From contig JAIVFI010000033.1 of NCBI GenBank assembly GCA_025558095.1, forward strand, positions 372,001-436,000: a DNA stretch of 64,000 nt. Direction: 5' to 3'. A model generated the notes under the pieces. The model did no database searches and had not been told where the DNA came from. It was given only the letters and a program-made list of their open reading frames with translations. Both the position numbers and the translations under genes were made by a program. The stretch comes from Hyaloraphidium curvatum SAG 235-1 (lineage: Eukaryota > Fungi > Monoblepharomycota). Shown here one piece after another: positions 45,577 to 55,007 of the stretch; position 1 is the first letter of the stretch; each line of letters opens with the position of its first letter.

Positions 45577-47305
45577 TCAATCGCGAGACGAAAAGAACAG
45601 CTCGTCCCCCGTGATCCTTCGCATCGCGTCCATCAGGTCGTCGTCCGCGATCGGAACCCCCTCGAGACAGATCGTTGTGAGCGAGCCCTGCAGCTTGAAG
45701 GTCGTGTACAGCAGCACTTCGGGTCTCGTGATCCCCGCGCACCCGCCCATCCGCAGCGACTCGAGCCCGTCGAGGTTGTCGCGGATGCAGCGGACGGCGT
45801 CGTCGTCGACCCCGGCGACGTAGCTGATGGCCAGGTCCTCGAGCTTGGGCGGCTTCGACAGGACGAAGGGGCGCAGGGCTGGCCATGTGATGGCTGTGCG
45901 GGAGACGCTGAGGTTTTTCAGGTTGGTTCGGAGAGCCGAAAGGTGGGAACCGATCGCGTCCTGAACGATCCGTCGTCAGAGAAGGGAGCGTTGATCACGC
46001 ATCTGTGGGCGGTGTCCTTACCGAAACGTTGGTCTTCCGTAGGCTCAGGGAGCGGAGACCAAAGTTCTTTTGCAGGACGGGCACGATCGATCGGTCGGTC
46101 ACGGCGGCGCAATCCAGCTCCAGCTCGAGCAAAGCGCTGCTTCGTAGCTCCGACAGCGAAGCATCCGTCACGCCCGCGCACCACTTCAGCGACAAAATAC
46201 GCAGCGAGCCGAACTTGGCCAGCGCGGGGGCGATCGAGGCATCCGTGAGCTTTCCGCAGTGCTCCAGGTTGAGCTCCTTCAGGTCGTTTACGGCCGCCAC
46301 GATTCCCTGCATGTGGCGATCGCGCATCGCGGTCGACAGCTCTTCCTCGTAGGAATCGTCGTCGTCGACGTCCACATTGCTCCTCGCGTAGATCGTCAGG
46401 CTCTCGAGGCCCGGCGCGACAGAATCGGCCACGGCCTCAAAGATCGCCTCGTCATCGACTGCGATTTCGCCGGCGACGAACAGAATCTTCAGCCCGCGCG
46501 CGGCTCGGAGGCAGCTCCGCAGGGCTTCCGCCGTGAAGGTGACGCCGTCGAGCTGGAGCGACCTCAGATGCGCGAGCACCGTCAACGCCTCCAAAGGCCC
46601 CGTCGCGTCCCTGAAAGAGTAAGAGTAGGGCTGTACCGCCAACCGCTTCAGCCTCTTCATCATCCGGACGCTTCTGGCCATGCAATCGGAAACCGGACGA
46701 TCGGCCCCGCCCGGCTCATCCGCCTCGTCCGCCTCCGAGTCCGCCTCTGAGTCAGAGTAGTCCTCTCGTACGACCTTGTCCCTGACGTGCAGATCGCAGT
46801 TCTCCACGCGGCCCAGAGTATCCTCCACCAGATCCGGGTTTGCTTCGATGGCATCGAAGAGCTTGATCCATCGAAGCATGGGATGGCTTCCCAGGACGAC
46901 GCACTGCCACTCCCGCCGATCGACGAGCTCTCTGAAGACGAATGATACCTCGCCAAGCTTCCTCGCGAGGTCCCGCGTCTCGTAGCAGTGACAGCGGCAC
47001 GCGGAACATCCGCAGGGATAATCGTGGAACTCCAGGTCCGCCCGGTAGCGGCACTTTGGTCCGAGGGTCCAACTGAGCGGGGAGGCGCGTTCAGGGTGCC
47101 GCCCGCCTTCGGTCGAGGGTTTCGCCCACTCCACGATTTTCTTCAGTATCTCTACGGGCAGCTTGCTCCGCAGTTGGGTCCGGTTCCACCGCGGGTCGCG
47201 TCCCGGGAACGCGGCAAAGAACTCCGTCATGCGGGGCTGGACGGGACGCGGCGAGGGGTCGACGTCCATGGCGTCGTCGTTCTTGGACGACTGCGAGTTG
47301 CCCAT
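45577..47305 (-). CDS. F-box/LRR family copy 3
   Basis: MGNSQS, QPRMTEFF, LPVEILKKIV, CGCSACRCHC, LRRs; the 3' half is near-identical to copy 1. Confidence 0.82.
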
Positions 47306-47654
47306 GCTTGTTAGTGGAGTTTTCTCGCAGAAGGCGGAGGGCGTCGACGCGAAGTGGAGGAAGGCTGTTCGCTCGACGATCGGCACTCCACTTCTCGAGA
47401 GCAACGAGCCCCGTTCGGACAAAACGACATTGGATGCGAGCTGAAACCTCTGAAACTAGCATTGAATCGCGCGACGAAAAGAGTGCCATCCGACCAACGT
47501 CGGACGCGTGAACGCCTCCATCCATCCTTTTCCTTTTCCTCTCGCATCCTATTAATTCGCTCGTGTCTTTGCCCATGCTCCGCTGATTAGGCATTTTCTC
47601 GGGTCCAGTGTTTCAGTAACATGAGCGCTATGTAGCGCCGATGCGCGAGGATTG

Positions 47655-48539
47655 TCAAAGGAAGCCGGTCAAGAGCGCGAGCGTTTCGGCGGGCCGCTCC
47701 TCGGCGACAAAATGGCCGCAATCGAGCATGGAGAAACGCGCGTCCCACACTTCGCCGCGCCAGGCATCCTGCGCATCGAACAACGCCCCCGTGGAGAGCG
47801 ACACCCGCCCCCACGCGATCAGCGTCGGGCAAGCGATCGGCGTCGCCGCATCGGCGGCGTCGTGCTCCAGATCGATGCCCGCGCCGGCGCGATAGTCCGA
47901 GCACATGGCGTGGAAGGCATCCGGGTTGCCGTTCGTGCGCGCGACCGCGTCGGCCACGGCGGAATCGGCGTCGGCCAAGGCCTGCGCGCCGCGCACGAAG
48001 CGCTCCGCTTGCGGCCCCATCAGCGCCTCGGGCCCCGGAGCCGGGCGGGTGAAGAAGAACCAGTGCCACATGTTGTCGGCGACGGCGCGCGTCGTGTTGG
48101 TGTAGATGTAGGCGGTCGGGGCGATGTCGAGCAGGACCAGCTTTTCGACCGCGTCTGGATGATCCTTCGCGAGACGGCGCGATACCCGCGCTCCGCGGTC
48201 GTGCCCAACGAGGCGGAAGCGATCGAATCCCAGCACGCGCATCAGCCCAACCTGGTCGGCGGCCATGCGGCGTTTGGAATAGTCCTCCGGCTTCGACGCG
48301 GCCGGCTTGTCGCTCCAGCCGTAGCCGCGCAGATCCGCGCACACGACCGTGAAGCGCCGCGCCAGCGCGGGCGCGATCTTGCGCCACATCAGGCAGCTCT
48401 GCGGCGCGCCGTGCAGCATCAGGAGCGGCGGCCCCTCGCCGCCCACCACGGCGTGGATCGCAACACCGTCGATCGTCTGCCGCACCGCTCGGAACCCGGG
48501 GAAGAACGCCAACGCATCGTCGTGGATCGGGTCGCTCAT
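47655..48539 (-). CDS. Alpha/beta hydrolase, haloacetate/fluoroacetate dehalogenase-like, intronless
   Basis: LHGAPQ, DLRGYGWSDKP, YSKRRMAAD, GHDRGARV, LLDIAPT, WHWFF, MCSDYRAGAGIDLEHD, CGHFVAEE. Confidence 0.85.
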   Translation of the reverse strand: MSDPIHDDALAFFPGFRAVRQTIDGVAIHAVVGGEGPPLLMLHGAPQSCLMWRKIAPALARRFTVVCADLRGYGWSDKPAASKPEDYSKRRMAADQVGLMRVLGFDRFRLVGHDRGARVSRRLAKDHPDAVEKLVLLDIAPTAYIYTNTTRAVADNMWHWFFFTRPAPGPEALMGPQAERFVRGAQALADADSAVADAVARTNGNPDAFHAMCSDYRAGAGIDLEHDAADAATPIACPTLIAWGRVSLSTGALFDAQDAWRGEVWDARFSMLDCGHFVAEERPAETLALLTGFL

Positions 48540-48668
48540 GGGAACCCTTTTCCTGCAACTCCGAGTGTTGCCGCCGGAGTATACCGCGGGTGGGGGACAA
48601 ACAAGTCAACTTGGCCAACGCGAGCATACGCCTTCCTGACGTCTCGCGCTCACGTTTCCCACTACGAC

Positions 48669-49730
48669 ATGCATTTCGCACGCCGCGCGTTCCGCATCGC
48701 GCCGCGGCTCGCGCGTGCCGCCCACGGCGGCCCGGCGCCCGAAATGCGCGCCGTGCTCACGTCGGGCTTCGGCGGGCCGGACGTGCTCCGCGTCGGCACC
48801 GCCCCGAAACCCGCCCCCGCCGAGGGACAGGTGCTCGTCAAGGTCGCCGCGACCTCGGTCAACCGGCCGGACCTCGTGCAACGGGAGGGCAAGTACCCGC
48901 CGCCCCCCGGCGACTCGGACATCCTCGGGCTGGAGGTCGCCGGCACCGTGGAACGCGTCGGCGAGGGCGTCGAGGGCTGGAAGGCCGGCGACCGCGTGGT
49001 GTCGCTGGTGGGCGGCGGCGGGTACGCCGAGTTCGCCGCGGCGCACGCGGGGCACCTGATGCGGATACCGGACAACGTGGGCTTCGAGGAGGGCGCGTGC
49101 ATCTGCGAGAGCTACATCACCGCCTTCCTGAACGTGTTCATGCTCGGCGGGCTGAAGGACGGCGAGCCGGCGCTCATCCACGGCGGAGGCGGGGGGGTGG
49201 CCAACGCCGCGATCCAGCTGTGCCGCGCGCTGGCGCCGAGCTCGAAGCTCGCCGTCACAGCCCACCCGTCCAAGGCCGAGCGCGTGAAGGAGCTCGGTGC
49301 GGACCTCGTGATCGACTACACGACCACGAAGGACTTTTCCGAGGCCGTGAAGGAGTTCACGGGCAAGAAGGGCGTCGCCGTGGTGCTGGATCACCTCGGC
49401 GGCCGCTACCTCGCGCCCAACATGGCCTCGCTCGCCGTCGGCGGCCGCCTGGTGGTGATCGGCATCACCGGCGGCCCCAAAGCCGAGCTGAACCTGGCGC
49501 TGATGATGGTCAAGCGGCAGCAGATAATCGGCTCGGTGCTGCGGTCGCGGTCGGTGGCGGAGAAGGCGGCCATCGCGGCCGAGTTCCAGCGGAGGGCGAT
49601 GCCCAAGTTCGCGGATGGCACGATACGGCCCATCATCGAGAGGGTGTTCCCGCTGGAGGACGTGAAGCAAGCGCACCTGATGATGGAGGAGGACCGGCAT
49701 TTCGGCAAGATCGTGCTCAAAGTGTCGTGA
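48669..49730 (+). CDS. NAD(P)H quinone oxidoreductase (PIG3/zeta-crystallin type), intronless, putative mitochondrial presequence
   Basis: VNRPDLVQREGKYPPPPG, ILGLEVAG, GGGYAE, HGGGGGV, IIGSVLRSR, HFGKIVL; MHFARRAFRIAPRLARAAH N-terminus. Confidence 0.9.
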   Translation: MHFARRAFRIAPRLARAAHGGPAPEMRAVLTSGFGGPDVLRVGTAPKPAPAEGQVLVKVAATSVNRPDLVQREGKYPPPPGDSDILGLEVAGTVERVGEGVEGWKAGDRVVSLVGGGGYAEFAAAHAGHLMRIPDNVGFEEGACICESYITAFLNVFMLGGLKDGEPALIHGGGGGVANAAIQLCRALAPSSKLAVTAHPSKAERVKELGADLVIDYTTTKDFSEAVKEFTGKKGVAVVLDHLGGRYLAPNMASLAVGGRLVVIGITGGPKAELNLALMMVKRQQIIGSVLRSRSVAEKAAIAAEFQRRAMPKFADGTIRPIIERVFPLEDVKQAHLMMEEDRHFGKIVLKVS

Positions 49731-49784
49731 TCAGTAATATATGCTGAAAAGAGTCACATCCGACAAAGAAGACCGCCGTGCGCA

Positions 49785-51356
49785 TCAGCCCCCCCATCCG
49801 CTCCCCCTCAGCTCCACCTCGGCAAACAGCGGAAAGTGGTCGCTCGGGTACCCCTCCCGCGCGACGACCTTCCCCCTGTGGTCCTCCCCCTTGACCCGCA
49901 CCTTCTCCCTCAACGTGCTCGACGACACCCTCACGAACGCCGCGGAGCAGAAGATGAAATCGATCCGGCCGTTGTAGTTGCGCCGCGCCTCGGTCGGGCC
50001 GTTGAACGCGTGGTAGCTTTTCTCGCCGAACGGTTCGTGCGCGTGCATGTCGCGCAGGCCGAGCTTCTCCATCTCCCAGAGGAGCTCGCGCTTGTCCCCC
50101 TTGAGGTAGCACTGCGGTCCGGAGCGGCAGGGGTGAGCCCGATGCGTTCCGGGAGGCGGATCGGGCGGCCCACGTTGAAGTCGCCGCAGACGACGATCGC
50201 GGGCGCAAGGTCGTCCGGGAGCGAGGCGGCGCCGGGGAGGCCGCGGTCGTACCGGAAAAAGTCGCGCTCGTGCCGCCGGATGAGCGTGACGAGGGTGTCG
50301 AGCGCTCGCCTGGACGGGAAACGCATGAATGGGCACGGAATCGCAGGAAGGCGCGAAGCCGGACACCCACCTCCTCGCGACCTTGCCATTGACGATGCCC
50401 TCCTTCACCTTCGGGTCCAGCCTCGTGAACGACTCCATCTCCTCCCCTGACGCCGTGGGCTGCGGCATCCACACGAAATCGGGATGGTTGTTGAAAACGG
50501 CGAAGCTCCGCGGGTTCCGCACTCCGCGCTCCTCGAAGATGCCCCAGGCGATCAGCCGCGGGATGGTGACGTACTCGGCCAATTCGATCCCGTGGGCGAC
50601 GCAGACGAAGCGCGAGCGGTCGAAGAAGATGGGCACGTGCTGGAAGGTGATATCCCTCGCCAGCCCCGTGATCTTCTTCTTCCGCCGGAAGCGGTAGAGC
50701 GGCATCTCGGCCCCGGGCTGCACCCCGACGACGCCGTACTTGTCCGGCAAGACCTCGATCAGCGCCTCGAGCTGGCCCGCGCGGGCCTCCTGCAGGAACA
50801 TGAAGTCGTGATCCCGGAGCAGCACGTCGAGGATGTAGGGCCAGCGGTGGGCAAAAGTGTCGGGGTCCTGGAAGCGCGCCTGCGAGGTGGCTTTGGCGTC
50901 CCCGAAGGCCTGGATCTGCTGGTCCGAGCACATGATGTTCAGGGAGACGATGCGAACCCGCACGGGCTCGCGGGGCGTCGCCAGCGCCGCCTCCAAGGCC
51001 CTTTTGGCCACGCTTCGGGCACGACGAGCATCGAGAAACATGTCCTCGCCGTCACTGTCCTCCGAGCTCAGCAGCAGCTCCTCGTGGAACATTCCGTAGC
51101 CGGCCGCGACCTCCTCGGCCACGGTGGAGTGCACAGAGACCTCCCACGGGATTCCGGGCGGCAGCAGCTCCCCGTCCGAGCCCTCCCCATCGTTCGGAGG
51201 AGGGGCCGCACGACGACGCCTCCTCTTTTTGGGCAGCCGCGCGCGGAGCAGCTCCCTTTTGCGGTCCTCCTCGCGGTCCGAGTCGACGTCGTCGTCGCGC
51301 GTCCTTTGGGGGAACATGCGCTGCCGCTCTCGCGGGTCGAAGCTGCGCGCCGCCAT
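49785..51356 (-). CDS. Endonuclease/exonuclease/phosphatase (EEP) family protein
   Basis: IVSLNI, FLQE, FNNH, VCGDFN, RIDFIF, PSDHFPL; 2 introns. Confidence 0.85.
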   Translation of the reverse strand: MAARSFDPRERQRMFPQRTRDDDVDSDREEDRKRELLRARLPKKRRRRRAAPPPNDGEGSDGELLPPGIPWEVSVHSTVAEEVAAGYGMFHEELLLSSEDSDGEDMFLDARRARSVAKRALEAALATPREPVRVRIVSLNIMCSDQQIQAFGDAKATSQARFQDPDTFAHRWPYILDVLLRDHDFMFLQEARAGQLEALIEVLPDKYGVVGVQPGAEMPLYRFRRKKKITGLARDITFQHVPIFFDRSRFVCVAHGIELAEYVTIPRLIAWGIFEERGVRNPRSFAVFNNHPDFVWMPQPTASGEEMESFTRLDPKVKEGIVNGKVARRWVSGFAPSCDSVPIHAFPVQASARHPRHAHPAARARLFPVRPRPPRRRLAPGRPCARDRRLRRLQRGPPDPPPGTHRAHPCRSGPQCYLKGDKRELLWEMEKLGLRDMHAHEPFGEKSYHAFNGPTEARRNYNGRIDFIFCSAAFVRVSSSTLREKVRVKGEDHRGKVVAREGYPSDHFPLFAEVELRGSGWGG

Positions 51357-51500
51357 CGCGGCACAGCGCCGCCGAGGCGGAAGAGATGGCGGAGGCGGCG
51401 ACGAGAGGCGGGCGGCGAAAGAGCGACAAAGGACGGGGACCGCCGCCCCAATCAATTTGACGCGGAGTGCGCTCGAACAGGTTGTCACCCAGGCCGCGAA

Positions 51501-52835
51501 ATGTCGCGTCCGCCGGCCGAAAATGACGCATCCGACGGGCTGCCCAACGAGCTTCTGCTTCCGGTCATGGACGCGCTCCGGGCCGAGGGTGCGCTCGCCA
51601 CGCTGCTCGAGTTCATGTGCTCCTCAAAGACGGCCTACGAGATGGGGATCCGCGTTCTATACTCCCACATCAGCATAGGCGGCGAAAATGCCGAGTGGGG
51701 CGTCGCTTTCCTGGACGGGCACCGCCGCGAGCACGCGATGGTGCGGTCGGTGGCGCTGGTCGTGCCGGCGGCAAGGCCGGTTACCGAGGACGATATCGAC
51801 GAGCACGTACAGCTCTGGTTCGACGTCCTCGGGACCCTGCTGGAAAAGCTGACGGGCCTCGAGGCCCTCGTGCTGGATCTGGCCGAATGCCCCTCCATCC
51901 CGGAACCGCTCAACACCCAGCGCTTCGGATCCTCATCCCTGCCGCCGCGGATCAGGCGCCTCGCCCTCAGCACGGGCCCCGGACGCTCGTACGCCGCCCG
52001 CGTCGTGCTCAAAGCCCTGGAGAGGCATGCCCAATCGGGCGTGCTCGCGAGCTGGAGCTTCTCCGGCTCCGTCGCGCTGCTGTCCATGTGCCCCTCGGCG
52101 CTGCCCCGCCTGCGCCACTTGACGGTGCCGGAATCGCACTCGCAGCGGGACATGCTGGTCCCCTTCGACCAGGGATCCTACATCACGAGCGCCTTCTCCA
52201 ACCTCCGCAGCTTCGCCGTTCGCCGCCAGAACGGCCGCGCCGTGGAGCCCTTCCTCCCCCTCCTCGAAGACGCCCCGCACCTCGAACGCTGGGCCATGCT
52301 CACACCGGGCCACGACTCTGGCGGCCTCCCGGACCTGTACGGCTTCCCGCGGACCGCCTCGCTCCTCCACACCGTGCGCTTCCGCGCCCAGGGCGCCTCA
52401 TGGGACCTCCTGACCACCCCGGGCTACCGCCCCCGCCGCCTCGCTTTGCCCTCGGGCTCGTTCCCCGCGCTGCGCGGGGAGCTGGCCGAGCGCGGGTGGC
52501 TCCGCGAGCTGGAGCTGTTCCACGACGCCGACGGGCCGTGGCTTTCTCCGCCGGGCGTCGCGCGAATCGCGCTGGGGAGGCTGCCCGCCGGTTTGGAGGT
52601 GCTGCAGGTGGATGCGACGTTCGAGATGGGGGATGGGTGCGGGCCGGGGTGGTTTGCGGCAAGGGTGGGGCGCGCGTTGGGAGGCAAGAGGCTGCCGTTC
52701 GAGCTGCGGGTGGTGGAGGGGACCGCGCCGCGGACGAGAGACGTGCGACCGCGGGATCCAGAGAGGGTGTGGCGCTGGAACGGGGAGAGGGGGGAGTTTG
52801 TTCCCTGCGGATCCGCGACTGTGACGTGGTTGTGA
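51501..52835 (+). CDS. F-box-like/LRR-like protein, intronless
   Basis: GLPNELLLPVM..YEMGIRVLY, followed by LxxLxL repeats. Confidence 0.6.
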   Translation: MSRPPAENDASDGLPNELLLPVMDALRAEGALATLLEFMCSSKTAYEMGIRVLYSHISIGGENAEWGVAFLDGHRREHAMVRSVALVVPAARPVTEDDIDEHVQLWFDVLGTLLEKLTGLEALVLDLAECPSIPEPLNTQRFGSSSLPPRIRRLALSTGPGRSYAARVVLKALERHAQSGVLASWSFSGSVALLSMCPSALPRLRHLTVPESHSQRDMLVPFDQGSYITSAFSNLRSFAVRRQNGRAVEPFLPLLEDAPHLERWAMLTPGHDSGGLPDLYGFPRTASLLHTVRFRAQGASWDLLTTPGYRPRRLALPSGSFPALRGELAERGWLRELELFHDADGPWLSPPGVARIALGRLPAGLEVLQVDATFEMGDGCGPGWFAARVGRALGGKRLPFELRVVEGTAPRTRDVRPRDPERVWRWNGERGEFVPCGSATVTWL

Positions 52836-52898
52836 CCCGCCATTTGCTGATGCCGAGGGACGTACGGCCGGAGGTTGGTGTGTATTGCAATTAGGCCA

Positions 52899-54489
52899 CT
52901 AGATGCACACCATCTCCACGGGGCTGAAACGAAGCTTCGCAACCCTCGAATCGGTGCAGCGCACCAACACCATGGTCCCTCCGGACTGCGGCACGTCGTA
53001 AGAAAACTGCTTAAAGGAAAGAAAGACCCACGTACCAGAGTCCCAATACACCGCCCGTCGTGTGTGCGGAGCAGGTACCCGCCGGATGCCGCAAGTACCC
53101 GAAAGCGCTGGAATCTCGGGTCGAAATCCGGCGTCGGATAGAAGTATCTGCAAGCGGATGTATACACCGGGGCTGGCGAAAAGTGTTGGCAAACGTCATC
53201 TCTCTAGAACGTCCACCCGACAGTCACTAACCGTTCTGCGCGATGGTGGTATTCGCCGTCAGGCACAATTCGGGGCGCGGCTCAGGCTTCCTCGCACACC
53301 GCAGCATCGAAATCGTCTGTCCCGGGTAGATCCCGTTGGTCGATGCCGGATCGTTCCAATTGAGATAGTCCCATGTTGTACCACCCCCGGGAACGACGCT
53401 GCATGTGCGGTTGTCGCGCGGGCAGCGGAACTGCCGCGGACCGGTGTTGCTTCGGGAGCCGCTGGCAAGGGAGAGCACAAAGGTGCCTGATGAAAGTGCG
53501 GATCTGTCGTGTGCGAAGTGAGCCTTTAAGCACGATGAGATCAGACAGAAAACTCACGACGGCCTCGGGGTGGGCTTGACAGTCGTCGCAGGCCTGCGTG
53601 TCGTGGCCGGCAGCGGCGGCTTTTTGATGTAGCTGTCGATCCACGCAGCAGCGTAGCTGACCCTCGCGTAGCCCGCGACCGGAGATTCCGGTTTCGCGCA
53701 ACCATGTCCAAAGCTCACGACCCCCACCTGCTCCCACCTGTTCCCCACACGCCTGACGAGCGGACCCCCCGAATCACCCTGGCACGCGTCCCGTGCCGGC
53801 GCCCCAGCACACAGGTACGCGGGATGCGTGGGGGACTCGAAGTTCATGATTATCCCCAGCGATTTGCACTGCGCTTCGGTGGAGGTCCGAAGGTCCACCT
53901 GCATCAAAAATTGCGATCCGTTCCCGTTGCGAACGAGATCTCCCCAGCCCATGGTACGGACCGTGCTGCCGATGGCGGGAACGGCCCCGTTGCGGTTCAA
54001 GGGGATAAAGGCGGGGGTGTTGTTGCCGTAGTTGCGCGGCGCGGAAAGCAAGAGCAGCGCGAAGTCATTTGCAAAAGTCGTTGGGTTATAGTTCGGGTGC
54101 GGGATAATGTTGAGCACGCGGTATTCGATTCCGCCCTCCTCTTCGGTCGTGACATGTGCGTTCCACCGAAAAGTGGCCACACCGAGCTCCGACGGGTCCT
54201 CCTTGTCCGAAATGCAGTGGGCGGCCGTCAGCGCGAGGTTTGGCGCAATCATCGTGGCGCCGCAGAAGCTCATGTCCTGGGGCGTGTCTTCGGTCAGGTC
54301 CTGCACCATGGCCATCCAGGGATACGTCGTGGGGCCGCGAACCCGGGTGCCGTTGACGATATTGGGGCTGAGGTCCCTCTTTTGCGGCTCAAGAAGGTGT
54401 TCATCGAAGAGTTCCGAGGAGAGAGCGGCGACAGGGAAGGAGACCAAGAACGCGAGGACACCGCACAGAAGAGTCCACCGAGACCCCAT
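52899..54489 (-). CDS. Secreted trypsin-like S1 protease with Thr/Pro linker and possible ricin-B-like C-terminal domain
   Basis: Signal peptide, IVNG, TAAHC, DFALL, DACQGDSGGPL; spliced tail CLTA..VYTSAC..QRF..GRCIG..LVRC. Confidence 0.88.
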
Positions 54490-55007
54490 CGCAATCTTTC
54501 AGAGACACCAGCTCAACCCTCCGAAGCGTCCGTCGGCCGATCGAGAGCCGGAGGGGGGACGCTACCGAGCGGGGAAGATTCGGTCCCCCGCAGCTCCCCC
54601 GTTCCGCAAACTCGTAACTGCGACACGATGGCGGGCCCGGGACTTCAAAGCGCGCCGCCGAAAGTGACTTCCAAGTCTAAATCGGCCCGCCCCGTCGCCA
54701 GTGGGCGGCCGTTGACGACGGAAGTTGTTGTGGCAGTGCGGGCGGGGTTCCGCAGTCATCTCCCCCCGACCAAGCTTTGTCCGCGATCCAGCCGACTTCA
54801 ATGCTTCTTTCGATGTTGCCGCGAATTCGAGCGCACTTTCTGCTCTTTCTGGACGACGACCCAGCCCGCGGAATCTTCCAACGATTTGCCTCGTGGACTC
54901 TCCGTGCCTACATTACATGTACCAGCGCCGGGGCGCAAAGAAGATAACGATGTCCCACATAAAAAGCAATCCACGCGCACCCTTGTCCCACATTCGCTCC
55001 CGGGCGC

